Below, piece by piece: positions 13,089 to 32,178 of a stretch of DNA of 64,000 bases (its first letter is position 1; the number at the start of each line of letters is the position of its first letter). Origin of the DNA: Dictyostelium discoideum (Eukaryota); contig CM000154.2 of NCBI GenBank assembly GCA_000004695.1, positions 4,704,001 through 4,768,000 on the forward strand, written 5' to 3'. The notes below the pieces were generated by a model. That model was not told where the DNA came from and made no database searches. It saw nothing but the letters and a program-made list of their open reading frames with translations. The translations under genes and the position numbers were made by a program.

Positions 13089-13497
13089 TTTATATAAAAA
13101 AAAAAAAAAAAATTAATAATTAATTGTTAGTGTTTTTTTTTTTTTTTTTTTATATTTTTTCAGAAATTATTTTATCTTACAATCTAAAACCACCTTTTGG
13201 TCTTTTATCATTGAATCTTAAATATTTTATTTCTGATTTATCAGCATCTATAATGAAAAAATAAAAATTAAAAAATAAAAAATAAAAAATAAAAAATAAA
13301 AATGATTATAAGTTTTAAAATAAAAATAAAAATTAAAAATGGAAATTGGAATAATAAAAAAAAAAAAAGAGAAAAATACCTTTATCTGGTATAAAACCTT
13401 TGATTGTGTCAACAGCTGTTGAACCGATCATAGCAATACCACCAGCAATACAAATTGCAGCCCCGACAGTTGTTAAAACTAATGTAACGACTACCAT
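12468..13497 (-). CDS. Copy 2 of the same gene, about 85-90% nucleotide identity over the exons. An (AAT)n expansion at the 3' end of the last exon turns the tail into a long poly-Leu tract.
   Basis: Start MVVVTLVLTTVGAAICIAGGIAMIGSTAVDTIKGFIPDK with the same exon/intron layout. ORF-track fragments 12755..12940 and 12468..12680 match copy 1 exons 3 and 4. The tail reads ..DNNDSKVSVLLLL(L)n, encoded by the reverse of (AAT)n at 12481-12575. Confidence 0.55.
12481..12575. repeat. (AAT)n microsatellite of about 31 units, specific to copy 2 of the duplicated gene
   Basis: Uninterrupted aat repeat. The equivalent position in copy 1 (10311-10320) has only about three units. Confidence 0.9.
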
Positions 13498-13995
13498 TTT
13501 TTTTTTTATTGATAAATTATTTGATTTAAAAAAATAGTTATTACACTAAGTTAAAGTTTATTTTGAATTTTAAAAATGATTTATTTTTTTTTATTTTTTT
13601 TTTTGACATTTTATAGTAATTTTTTTTGTTGGATTTACATATTATTGGAAAAATGTTAAAAAAATAGTAAAAGTTTTGATGATTGGTTATTTTGTAAAAA
13701 ATCTTTAAATATAAAGTTTTTTTTGAATTTGTTAACAAAAGACTTTTGTGTCATGAACAAATTCAAAAAAATCGCAAAAAAAATTTTATTTTTCATTTAA
13801 AAAAAAAAAAGGTAAAAATTTTATATGGCCATTAAAATCTTTTTTTTTAACAGGCGAAACAGGGCCGGCTTAATTATTATATTTTATTTAATTTATTTTT
13901 TATTTTTCTCATAAAAATTTAAAAAATTATGAAATCTGTATAAAAAATCGAATTATTTGTTTACCAAAAGGTTTCTTATCATACGAAAAAAAATA

Positions 13996-14044
<49 letters not shown>

Positions 14045-14493
14045 TTAATAACACCTATTTTTATATTATTTATTTAATATTAAAATAGGTGTTATTTGAT
14101 TATCTAATATTCTATTAATTTTTTTTATTTCCATAAATAAATTTTAATTTTTTTTTTGTTTTTTTTTTTTCTTTAAACTTGGTAGAAATGATTTTACAAA
14201 TAAAATGTCATAGCGAAATTTTAAAACTATAAATAGTTTTAACCCCTTTTCGAATTAATTTTTACTCTTTTAAAATCTTAAAAAAAAAATAAAAAAAAAA
14301 TTAATATATTTCCCCCTTTTGGTAATAAAATTACTAAAAATGAGTTTTACTTTTTTTTTTTTTTTTTTTTTTTTATAAATTAAATTTTTTTTTTTTATAT
14401 ATCTAGAAAATTAAAAAAAATTTATTTAAATTTATATTTATATAAAATAATAAAATTATTTATTTGTTGGAATAACAAATAAAATAATAAAAA

Positions 14494-16165
14494 ATGAAGT
14501 ATAATATAATATTATTATTTATAATATTTTTATTAAGTTTTATGAATTTTGGTGTAAATGCAAATTCATATGATTTTACAGATTTTCCAAATGCATCAAT
14601 TGTTATCACTTGGAATAATTTATTATTAAATGCAATTCATAAAGCAAGTCCACCTCCAACAGTAGTTTCAAGAAGTCTTTCAATGGTTCATACAGCAATA
14701 TATGATTCATGGGCATACTATACAAATTCTAAAGGTGTTTATTTAATTGGTGAATCAAATTGTTCAACAATACCAAAAAATAAAAATGATAATGATATTA
14801 AAAAATCAATTTCATTTGCAGCATATAGAACTTTAGTTGATTTATATCCACTATCAATGTAAATAAATAATATTATTTATTAAAAATAATTATAATAATA
14901 ATAACATATAATAAAAAAAATAGGTATTAATACTATTTATTTTGAAAATAAGTGATAATTATAATGAAAAAATGAAAAATTTAGGATATGATATAAATGA
15001 TATTAATTTAAATTTAGATAATTCAGTTGGTATTGGAAATAAAGCATCAAAATTATTATTAGAGAATAGATGGTTGGATGGATCAAATCAAAAGGCAATT
15101 TATGGTGGTAAAAATTATAGTGATTGGACTAATTATGCACCAAGAAATGATGCTCAACCATCTAAATTAAGAAAACCTGATAATTGGCAACCGTTATCTG
15201 TACCTGTTAAAAACTCAACTTTATTTACAATACAATCATTTTCAACACCACAATGGGGTAGTGTGAAACCATTTTCATTATTATCAGGCTCACAATTGAG
15301 ACCAACAATACCACCACCTTACTATTCATTCAATGATCAAAATAATAATAAAACAATTGAGAAATTAAAGAATTCAGCATGGGAGTTAATTGGATATACT
15401 CAAAATATGACAGATGAAATTAAAGCGATTGCAGAGTATTTTGGTGATGGTCCAAATTCAGTATTGCCACCAGGTCATTGGAATTTATTTGCACAATTTG
15501 TATCAAAACGTGATAATCATTCAATTGAACAAGATGTTAAATTATACTTTATGTTAAATAATGCTCAATTAGATTCAGGAATCGCATGTTGGGATTGTAA
15601 AAGATTCTTTGATAATGCTAGACCTGTTACAATGATTCCAGTTCTATTTAAAGGTGTTAAAATAACTGGTTGGAATGGTATTTGTAAAGAAAATGTTGAA
15701 TTTGATTTATCTAATTGGATACCATATCAAGATCCATATGTTATTACTCCACCATTTTCAGATTAGTAAGTAGTAATAAATTAATTAATTTTAATTTATT
15801 TCATTTAATTTATTTTAATTTATTTTATTAATTTATTTATTTTTAGTACAAGTGGACATAGTACATTTTCATCATCAGCAGCAGAAATTTTAAAAAGGTT
15901 TACCGGTAGTGATAAATTTGGTAATTCGGTTACAATTAAAGCTGGATCATCAATTTTTGAAACCAACTGTTCATTTCCAGTACCAAAAACTGATATTAAC
16001 TTATATTGGGAAACATTTACAGATGCTGCACAACAAGCATGCATTTCAAGACGTTATGGAGGTATACATTATGATTTTTCAGATTATGAAGCAAGAAAAA
16101 TGGGTAGGAAAATTGGTGAAATGGTTTGGGATAAATCTCAATCGTTATTTAATAATATAGATTGA
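14494..16165 (+). CDS. Secreted PAP2-superfamily (acid phosphatase / vanadium-dependent haloperoxidase-like) protein. Three exons (14494..14858, 14953..15765, 15847..16165).
   Basis: Signal peptide MKYNIILLFIIFLLSFMNFGVNA. The three PAP2/VHPO active-site motifs are all present: KRFFDNARP (K-x6-RP), ..PPFSD|YTSGHS (PSGH, completed across a splice junction) and SRRYGGIHYDFSD (SR-x5-H-x3-D). A PPGHW motif also occurs. Donors GTAAAT and GTAAGT and AG acceptors keep phase. Confidence 0.8.
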
Positions 16166-16310
16166 AAAATAATAAAAAAAAAAAAAAAAAAATTCCTTAA
16201 AAATATTTTTTTTACAAACACTAACTTCAATTGTTTAAATTTCTGAAATACAGTTTTTTTTTTTTTTTCAATTTTTTTTTTTTTTTTATATTATCAAAAA
16301 AAAGAAATCA

Positions 16311-18491
<2,181 letters not shown>

Positions 18492-18548
18492 TAAACATGA
18501 TAAAATTTAAATTATCAATCCTGTATCATACAAATAATTATTTGTGTT

Positions 18549-18589
<41 letters not shown>

Positions 18590-18734
18590 ATAATTTAATT
18601 TACAAGTTTATTTTATTGCCTTTTTTTCTTTTTTTTTTTTTTCTTTTTGCTGTTATTGTTATTGTTATTGTGTTTGAAATTATTACTTTTCCTATTAGTA
18701 TTATTACTATCATAAAATATGATTAAATTGAAAA

Positions 18735-18778
<44 letters not shown>

Positions 18779-18779
18779 T

Positions 18780-19184
18780 CTAACCTCTTGATGAAAAACC
18801 TTGTCTAATTGGTCTAGTGAAATTCTTTTTAATATTTGTAAAATTCCAAGATTTTGCTGTATCTTCTTTAATTGAAACTATAGAGATTGATTTATCATAT
18901 GAACCAAACCAAACGAATGGATCACCACCCTTTAAATTTGGTACTTCAATAATTGAAGAAACTACATCTGAATGATAACCTTTATAATCGATTAAAATCT
19001 CTTTATTCTTTGGATCACCAGGGAATACTCTAACTGTTGTATCCCAAAATCCAATCCAAATCTCTCTATTAATTGATGCGATATGAAATATTTTATCCCA
19101 ACCTTGGTTTAAAATTTTATGTTCAAGTTTAAATGTCTTTTAAAAAAAAATAAAAAAAATTAATAATTTAATTAAAAAAATTTA

Positions 19185-19271
<87 letters not shown>

Positions 19272-20706
19272 TACCTTTGAATTAAAAATTTGAATTGAAC
19301 CTTCATCACCACCAATCCAAATATATTCAGTATCATCAATTTCAATACAAGCCATTCTTTTTGGTCTTTTCTCTTGAATTTCACATTGATGAATAGTTTC
19401 TTTAGTTTTTGTATCCCATACATATAGAGTTTTCTCAGAGGAACAACCCCAAATTCTATTTTGACCTACTTTACACATTGCAAGTATTATAATACCTTTC
19501 ATAAATAAATTTGTACCAATTGGTTTTAAAAGTTCACCACCACCAGCACCATTACTATTATTATCATCTGAAGTACAATTTGATGGTGCAATTGATGGTA
19601 TACCATCTAATGAATAAATATTTAAAACTTGTGGACCACCAACCCAAATTTCCTTATTTTGAGATTCACATAATGAATATGATTCACCTGGTATCTCACC
19701 AATGAGTCCACCATCAATATCCCAAATTGCCAGTTTTTGAGAAGTTGCTGTCCAAACTGTATTATTAACTGTCGTACTAATCATTTGATAAACTGCACCA
19801 CCACCACCTTTACTTTGATCCACTACTTCAACCTCTTTTATAAATTGTTGATTCTGACTATCCCAAATTCTTGCCATACCATGTGAATCTAAACTCCAAA
19901 CTCTTGATCCTGATAATTCACTATTACCATTACTATTACTACTACCACATAATGTCATCCATTGAATTGATTTATTATGACCTAATAATTTTGAATGAAT
20001 TACTAATTTTTTACCACCAAAATTAAAAGTTGGAATTGAAGCAGGATTACTATTAATTGGTGTATTTGATAGAACAGCAGGTGAAGTTGTTTGTAATGGT
20101 TCTTCAAATAGGGTATCATAATGGAGTATCATTTGTTCCGTTATGAAATTAACTTTCTCACTTGTACTCTGTAAAATTTGAATATCCAATGGACCTGTCT
20201 CTTTTTTCCAAAATAAATTTGGTCCAAATACTCTACTCAAATTCGATGGTCCCATTAAATTCACTGTTTGATTCATTGCTACAAATCTTAAAAAGTGAAT
20301 TAAATGTTGTAATAAATTTCTATTATTAACTGGTAAATTACTATTAATTAATTTCTTTAAAACTTCAAATCCATTTTCTTTACATTGTTGAAAATTAATT
20401 TGATCTAAAATAAAAATAAAAAATAAAAAAAAAAATAATTAGTATACAATAGCTATTAATAATAATAATAAGATAAAACCCATACCAGAAGCAGCTAAAA
20501 ATAAATCATATAATGCATTTGTACAAATTGGTTCAGGTAAATCACGTAAAAATTGTTTTAATAAAACTGTTAAAACATGAGGATTATCATCTCTTGATGT
20601 TGAATAATCACCTAAATTTACAATTCCTCTTCTATTTTGAATTTCCATTTGACTACCACTAATCCTAAATAAACCTTCAACTCCTAATGAATGTAAAAAT
20701 AATGTC

Positions 20707-20738
<32 letters not shown>

Positions 20739-21032
20739 TAGTAATTGATTGGAGGAAATATATATTATATATATAATATTATGTAAAAATTTTACATTTA
20801 AAATATTTGATACAAATGTTGGAATTCTTAATTCCATTGATTTCTCTTTTGCAATTAATGTATCTAATGAAATACCAAATACAATTGGATTTGATGGTAC
20901 TGATGGTGGTTGTTGAATATCTGGTGATGTTGTAATTTGTAAATTCTTTAAACTAGCATGATGTGTTAATCCAATCTGAGACAATGATGGTGATGATAAA
21001 TTCACTGTTGATGATTTTTGTAATAAATTCAT
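18780..21032 (-). CDS. RhoGAP-domain protein with C-terminal WD-like repeats. Four exons (21032..20796, 20705..20486, 20404..19275, 19136..18780). Intron 3 is an (ATT)n tract.
   Basis: RhoGAP motifs run across exons: ..PIVFGISLDTLIAKEKSMELRIPTFVSNILN | TLFLHSLGVEGLFRISGS (Arg finger) ..LLKQFLRDLPEPICTNALYDLFLAAS | DQINFQQCKENGFEVLKKLINSNLPVNNRNLLQHLIHFLRFVAMNQT... WD-like units IWDSQNQ, AIWDIDG, LYVWDTKT, WIGFWDTTVRVF. All junctions GT..AG with matching phases. Confidence 0.8.
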
Positions 21033-21134
21033 TGATGATGAACTTTGTTTATTTGGTGTAACAAAGTTCTTTTTATTTAATGATTCTTCATACTTTTTAA
21101 TTTTATTCTAAATTTAATTGAATAAATTGAATTT

Positions 21135-21175
<41 letters not shown>

Positions 21176-21299
21176 TAAAAAAAGGTAAAAATTAGAGATT
21201 TTTTTTAAAAATTGTAAGAAAAAGATAAGAAAATTAATGACAATTTTTAAGTGATGGGGGTGATAATAATAAAAAAAATAATAAAAAAAAAGTATGGGC

Positions 21300-21320
21300 A
21301 AGTGTGTGGGTGTGTGTGTT
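21300..21320. promoter_or_regulatory. G-box-like GT-rich element (gtgtgtgggtgtgtgtg) about 270 bp upstream of the RhoGAP/WD gene start
   Basis: A rare G-rich motif in AT-rich intergenic DNA. It resembles Dictyostelium GBF-type G-boxes. The position relative to the start codon at 21032 (minus strand) is promoter-like. Confidence 0.3.
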
Positions 21321-21688
21321 TATTGCTTAGTTTAAAAAAAAAAAAAAAATTTTGATACACATAAAAGAGAGTGATAAAAATAATATTTTATATATTTATA
21401 AATATTGAAAAAAATATATAGTTTAGTTATTTAAATAATATTACATTTAATTTTATAATCAATGGTTTTAATTGATCATTTGTTGATTCAAGTGATTTTT
21501 CATATGTGGAACTACCTGATTCTACAACCAACTTTACTTTAATTTTTGGTTGAAATTTACTATTATTTGCTGTTGTTGATGATGTTCCATTTGCTATATT
21601 GTAATTTGATAAAAACAATTCAATATCCATTTTTAATTTTTATTTTTAAGTTATTTATTTATTTTAGCTATTTATTTTATTTTAATAT

Positions 21689-21728
<40 letters not shown>

Positions 21729-22008
21729 CTTTTATTTAAAAAAAAAAAAAAAAAAATGAAAAAAAAAAAAAAAAAAAAAAAGTGTTACATATAGCTATAA
21801 AAATTAAAAATAAAAAAAATAAAAATGAAAAAATAAAAAATAAATAAAAATAAATAAAATAATGAAAATTTTAATTGTATAATTGTTATTAATATGGCAG
21901 AAAAAAAAAAAAAAAAAAATTTTATATTTTTTTATTTTTTTATTTTTTTATTTTTTTTAATTTTTAAAAAAAAAAAAATCTTTTTTGTATGAGAAAAAAA
22001 AAAACCTT

Positions 22009-22045
<37 letters not shown>

Positions 22046-22235
22046 CCAAAATCCAATCACTTCAGTTGGAATCCAACGCGAAAGAAAAGTTTGAAATTAG
22101 CAAATATTATATTATGATAATAAAAAATCATTTTTTGGTTATAAATAAAAGTATTATTTTAAATATGTTATAAATAAATAAAAGTAAAAAAAAAGTATGG
22201 AAAAATATAGATAATTATTATTTTATTATTATTAT

Positions 22236-22273
<38 letters not shown>

Positions 22274-22396
22274 GTGTTAAATATTTGAAAAAAAATAAAT
22301 AAATAATAATAATAATAAAATAATTATTATCTATATAAAAAAAAAAAAAAAAAAATAGTTTGATAATAAAAATAAAAAAAATAAATGGTTGGTTGG

Positions 22397-22427
<31 letters not shown>

Positions 22428-22921
22428 CTATAAAAATAATTATATTTATTAAAAACTATTTAGTATGACTTTAGTTGGTAATTTTTTAATACTATTATAA
22501 AAGTGATCAATCAATTTATAATAAAAACTTTTTTTTTTTTTTTAAAATAAAAAAAAAAATTAAATTAAATTAAATTGGAATTTTTTTTCCAAAATCAAAT
22601 CTCAAACTTTTTTTGGGCATTTTACTTTAAAAAAATTTTTTTTTTGTAAAGTCGTTGATCATGATTAAAGGAAATAGGTGAAATTTTTCTTTTAAATGAT
22701 TGGCCAACTGGATTTGAAATTTTTTTTTTTTTTTGTTTTTTTTTTGTTTTTTTTTGTTTTTTTTTTTTTTTTTTTTTTTTTTTCAAAATATATTATCTTT
22801 TTAAAGATATTTGTATACATAAAGTAATATAAATAATTATTTATAAATATATTAATATTAATAATAATTTTTCATTTCATATATATTTGACCCTTTCAAA
22901 TAAAATTGTTAAAGTATTTTT

Positions 22922-22962
<41 letters not shown>

Positions 22963-23154
22963 CGAATGTCGATTCGAAGGGTGGAGTTAATTATAACCAA
23001 AAAAAAAGCTAAAAAAAAAAACTCAAAAAAAAATCAATTTTTTTTTTTTTTTTTTTTTTGATTTTTTTTTTTTTCATTCCCAACCATATTTTTTCTCAAA
23101 ATTATATATAATAAACAGAATTATTATTAGAACACTCTAATAGTAGTTTAATTG

Positions 23155-23254
23155 NNNNNNNNNNNNNNNNNNNNNNNNNNNNNNNNNNNNNNNNNNNNNN
23201 NNNNNNNNNNNNNNNNNNNNNNNNNNNNNNNNNNNNNNNNNNNNNNNNNNNNNN
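23155..23254. other. Assembly gap (100 N)
   Basis: A run of exactly 100 n characters flanked by homopolymer A/T. A second 2-nt gap (nn) lies at 37984-37985. Confidence 0.95.
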
Positions 23255-25018
23255 CAAAACTTTTCTTTTATTTTTTTTTTTTTCATAATAATAATAATAA
23301 TAAAAAAAAAAAAAAAAAAAAAAAACCAAAATATAAAATATTGTTTAAAACAATATCTCAATTTATTAAAGATCACATGTACATTTTGAATAAATCACAA
23401 ATTCATTAACAATAACCTCTTATTTGCTCAACCACTCACTCAACCACTCACTCAACCACTCACTCACTAACACCACATCCAACTATTTTTATCTCTTTTT
23501 TTTTTTTTATTTTTTTTATTTTTTTAAAATCTTTTATTTTTTAATCTTTTATTTTTATAAGGGAAAGTGTGTGATAGATTATAAATTAATTAAAATTTTG
23601 AAAATATCCAAAATCGAACATCCATACATGTTCATTTTAATATCACAAAAATAAAATAATAATAATAAAAAAAAAGTTATAAAATAATTATAATAATAAT
23701 AATAAAACACATTTTAGTCAATCATTTAAATTTTATTTTATTTTAAATTTTTTATTTTATTTTTTAATATTTTTTTTTATTTTTTATTGTAAACACTTTA
23801 TAATTAAAAAATTCTTATTATTCTTTATTTTTTATTTTTAAAATTTTTTATTTTTTTTTTTTTTTTCTTCTCTTTGTATTTTATATAAATTTTGTTTATG
23901 TATATATATTTATTTATTTTTATCCAAAAATTTTGAAACCTACTCCTTATAAATTTTAAAAAGTTTTATTATCAGGGTTGGTATTTTATTACATTCGTCA
24001 TGAATGATTAGATAGGTAGTAATAGCAATAATTTAAACAGTGGTTTAAACCAACAATTGATACTATATACTACCTTCTATTTTACTTTTTATTTTTTTTT
24101 TATTATTATATATTTTGTTATTGTTGTTATTTTTTTTTTTTAAATTAAAATAAAATAAAACATAATTACTGTTATTTTATTATAAACCAACAATAACAAG
24201 TAATTTTGGCTGATATTTCATTTTTTGCAAGTGAAATGATAGAACAGACCCCCTTTTTTGTATAATTATTTTTTTTTTTTTTGTTATTCTTTTTATCTAC
24301 CAAAATCTTCAATAACAACAAACAACAGTTACTACAATAGCAAAAAAAAAAAAAAAAACATGGTATTTGATTGTGCTGTGTGTTGTGTTTATTTTAATAG
24401 TAATAACAATAAAAATTTAATCTATTAATTAAATCATAAAAAAAAAAAAAAAAAAAATAATTAATATTTTGTTTTGTTGTTTTTTTTTTAATTTTAATTT
24501 TCCCCCTTTTTTTTTTTTTTTTATTCTATTGATTAATAAACATTTCAAAAATAAAAAAACATTTTATGTGTTATTTTTAATCCTTACCCCTAAAATTTCC
24601 AAATTGATAATAAAAATAAAAATAAAAATAAAAAAAAAAAAAAAATAAAAAAAAAAAAGAAAAAGAAAACAAAAACAAAAAAAAAAAAAAACAATTATCA
24701 TAATTGAAACTATTTTTTTTATTTTTTTTTTTTATTCTTAAATTATTTTAAAATTCATCACTCACACACAATCCATCAATTGTTTAATTTTCAATTTATT
24801 TATTTATTTAAAATTTTAATTTTAATAATTTTATTTTTATTTTAAAATTTTTTGGATCTATTATTAATTAATTAATTTTTTTTTTTTTTTGCCATTCAAT
24901 TTATTTCAATTTACCAAAACTCAAAGAATTTTTTTATTTCTTTTTTTATTTTTTTTTTTTTTCATTCAACACACTAATTTGTGATTGGAAAAATTTATCA
25001 AATAAAAAAAAAAAAAAA

Positions 25019-29692
<4,674 letters not shown>

Positions 29693-29889
29693 AAAAAAAA
29701 AAAAAACAAAAAAAAAAAAAAAACCATTTAAACATTCTTAATAAAAATTTATTAATTTTTTTTTTTTATATATTTTAAACTTGGGTATTAAAAAAAAAAA
29801 AAACTATTATTTACCAAAAATTACCATTTTATTTGTTTGTTTTATTTCTTTATTATTTTTTTTAAAATGGTTTTAGTTTTGTTTTAATA

Positions 29890-30178
29890 TTAACAAAATC
29901 TACGACGACAACCAATATCGATGTCAAGGTTTATGATATTGGTGTTTGAACCACCACAACCACCAATACCACCCCATCCACTTGAACCACCCATCCACCC
30001 TAAACCACCACCACAACCGCCATGAAAGCATGAAATTGAATTATTAGCAAATTCATTAAAAATTAGAGGCACCAATTGAACTTTCCATTGAACCAGTTGA
30101 ATTTGAAATTGATGAAATTGGTTTTGTTATATAATATATTATTGAAAAAAAAAAAAAAAAAAGAAATATTTACTAAAA
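29890..30178 (-). pseudogene. Degenerate member of the HssA/B-like small Gly/Cys-rich protein family. It has lost the exon-2 acceptor and carries a frameshifting 5-nt deletion.
   Basis: It retains the family leader ATGGAAATTTTTA+gtaaat and the C-terminal [24 protein letters not shown]. The acceptor position has AC instead of [20 protein letters not shown] is then followed by a frame shift relative to the paralogues. Confidence 0.5.
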
Positions 30179-30512
30179 ATTTCCATTTTATTTGTTGTAT
30201 TTATAAAAATGTTTTTGTTTTAATTTTTCTAATTTTTTTTTTTTTCAAAACAAATAGTTAATTAAATTGTTTGATTAATTTATTTAAATAAAAAAAAAAA
30301 AAAAAAATTTAAATTGATGGGAATTTCCATTTTTAAATAATTTTGTTTAATTATTTTTAACATATTTTGTTGTTTTATTAAAAAAATATAATCAAACAAT
30401 TTAATAAATTATATATATTAAAAAAAAAAATAAAATAAAAAATAAAAAATAAAATAAAATCATTTATATAAAAATAAAGTTAAATTTAATTATAAAAAAT
30501 CAATACAAATTA

Positions 30513-30847
30513 ATGGCAATTTTTAGTAACTATTATTTCTTTACTTTTTTTCTGAAATTAATTTCTCAATTACTTACCAATTCAGAACTTAATATATTAT
30601 AGAATCAATATCATCAATTTCAAACCCAACTGGTTCAATGGGAAGTTCAATTGGTACCTCTAATATTGATGGATTAACTAATAACAATAATTCAATTGCA
30701 TGTTTTGATAGTGACTATAGTGGTTTAAATGGATTAGGTGGTCTTGGTGGTTTCAATGGTGGTGGTTGTGGTGGTTGTGGTGATTCAAACACAAACATTA
30801 TTAATATTGATATCGATTTATGTCGTCGTGGTCATAGATGTTGTTAG
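30513..30847 (+). CDS. HssA/B-like small Gly/Ser/Cys-rich protein. Two exons (13-nt exon 30513..30525 and 30603..30847).
   Basis: Spliced product [85 protein letters not shown]. Donor gtaact and acceptor tattatAG. No in-frame ATG lies upstream of the listed internal Met without splicing. Confidence 0.6.
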
Positions 30848-31254
30848 TTTACTCTTAAAAATTTAAATAAATTAATTTTTACAAAAGTTTTTTTCTTTTT
30901 TTAAAAAAATAACAATAAATAAAATATTTAATTTATTTTAACCCACACTTACTTTTTTTTATTTATTCAATGTCTAAATTAAGCTACAATTTAAAAAATT
31001 AATAAAAAAATAAAAAAAAATTAAAAAAATAAACCCAAGAACTTTCAAAATGAATTTAATATCTGTATTTTTTTATTTTAAAAACTTATAATAATAGTTT
31101 TTATCTTTTTTATTTTTAAAAAGAAGAAAAGAAAAGAAAAAAAAAAAAAATAGAATAAAATAAAATAATATTATAATGTATTGATTGCCATTTCTATAAA
31201 TTTAAAAAAAAAAAAAAGATAAAAACTATTATTTTATTTATTAATTTGAATAAA

Positions 31255-31562
31255 TTAACAACATCTACGATGACGACGACGACCAATATCAATGTCAAGG
31301 TTAATAATATTAACATTTGAACCACCACAACCACCACAACCACCCCATCTTCCCAAATCATTATCAAAACATGCTGTTGAATTATCATTGAAAACTGATC
31401 CAGTATAATTAAGGGTGGCGATTGAACTTGATGTTGATCTTGTTGGATTTGAAATTGATGAAATTGAATCTAAATAATTAATTATTTTAAAAATGTTAAT
31501 ATTTTCTAAAGTATTTACTTGATTCATTCAAGGGAAAAAAAAAATTTACTAAAAATTGTCAT
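31255..31562 (-). CDS. HssA/B-like small protein. Two exons (13-nt exon 31562..31550 and 31469..31255).
   Basis: [75 protein letters not shown]. Leader ATGACAATTTTTA+gtaaat, acceptor ttatttAG. Confidence 0.6.
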
Positions 31563-31852
31563 TTTTATAATTTTTATTTGTTTTTGTTTGTATTTTGTTT
31601 TTATTTGTTTAATAATAAAAAAAAAAATTAAAATTTATAGTTTTTTAATTTGTAAAAAAAAAAAATTAAAAAAAAAAAATTAAATAAAATTGTATAAAAA
31701 CACCCATATTTTGTTGTTTAATAATGGAAATTCCCATCAATTTAAATTTTCTTTTCTTATCAAACGATTTAATTAACTATTTATAATGAAAAATTAAAAA
31801 TTTTAAAAAATAAAATCATTTTAAAAATAAAAAAAACAAAAAAAACAAATAA

Positions 31853-31885
31853 ATGGCAATTTTTAGTAAATATTATTTTTTCTGT

Positions 31886-31920
<35 letters not shown>

Positions 31921-32178
31921 TGACTAACTATAATTTACCATACCCTATTTTATAAAATGTCAGAATCAATTTCATCAATTTCAAATTCAACTGGTTCAAT
32001 GGGAAGTTCAATTGGTACATCTAATATTGTTGAATTAACTGGTAACAATAATTCAATTTCATGTTTTGATGGTGGCTATGGTGGTTTTAATGGATTAAGT
32101 GGTTGTGGTGGTTCAAACGCAAATATCATCAATATTGATATCGATATTGGCCGTCGTCGTCGTCATAGATGTTGTTAA
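31853..32178 (+). CDS. HssA/B-like small protein. Either two exons (13-nt exon 31853..31865 and 31964..32178) or an unspliced start at 31957.
   Basis: [75 protein letters not shown]. This copy also has an in-frame ATG at 31957 (MSESISS..), so both models are open. Confidence 0.65.

Larger units (their letters stand above)
9990..14000. repeat. Tandem segmental duplication (unit about 2.25-2.35 kb, two copies) covering the genes above plus conserved 5' and 3' flanks
   Basis: Near-identical blocks: 10021-10240 vs 12196-12420 (3' flank), 10321-10440 vs 12576-12700 (last exon), 11021-11150 vs 13375-13500 (exon 1), 11360-11440 vs 13660-13730 (conserved upstream block ..ttggtgattggttattttgtaaaaaatctttaaat..). 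Confidence 0.7.

Noticed and set aside
21427-21630. 67-codon minus-strand ORF MDIELFLSNYNIANGTSSTTANNSKFQPKIKVKLVVESGSSTYEKSLESTNDQLKPLIIKLNVILFK upstream of the RhoGAP/WD gene
   Set aside because: It has moderate complexity but no recognisable domain, no convincing splice partner (downstream sequence to 21033 is non-coding), and it sits in promoter-like AT-rich DNA. I kept it out of the feature list, though a small independent gene cannot be excluded.
23102-23409. Three ORFs with runs of X spanning 23155-23254
   Set aside because: They translate the 100-N assembly gap and are not real coding sequence.
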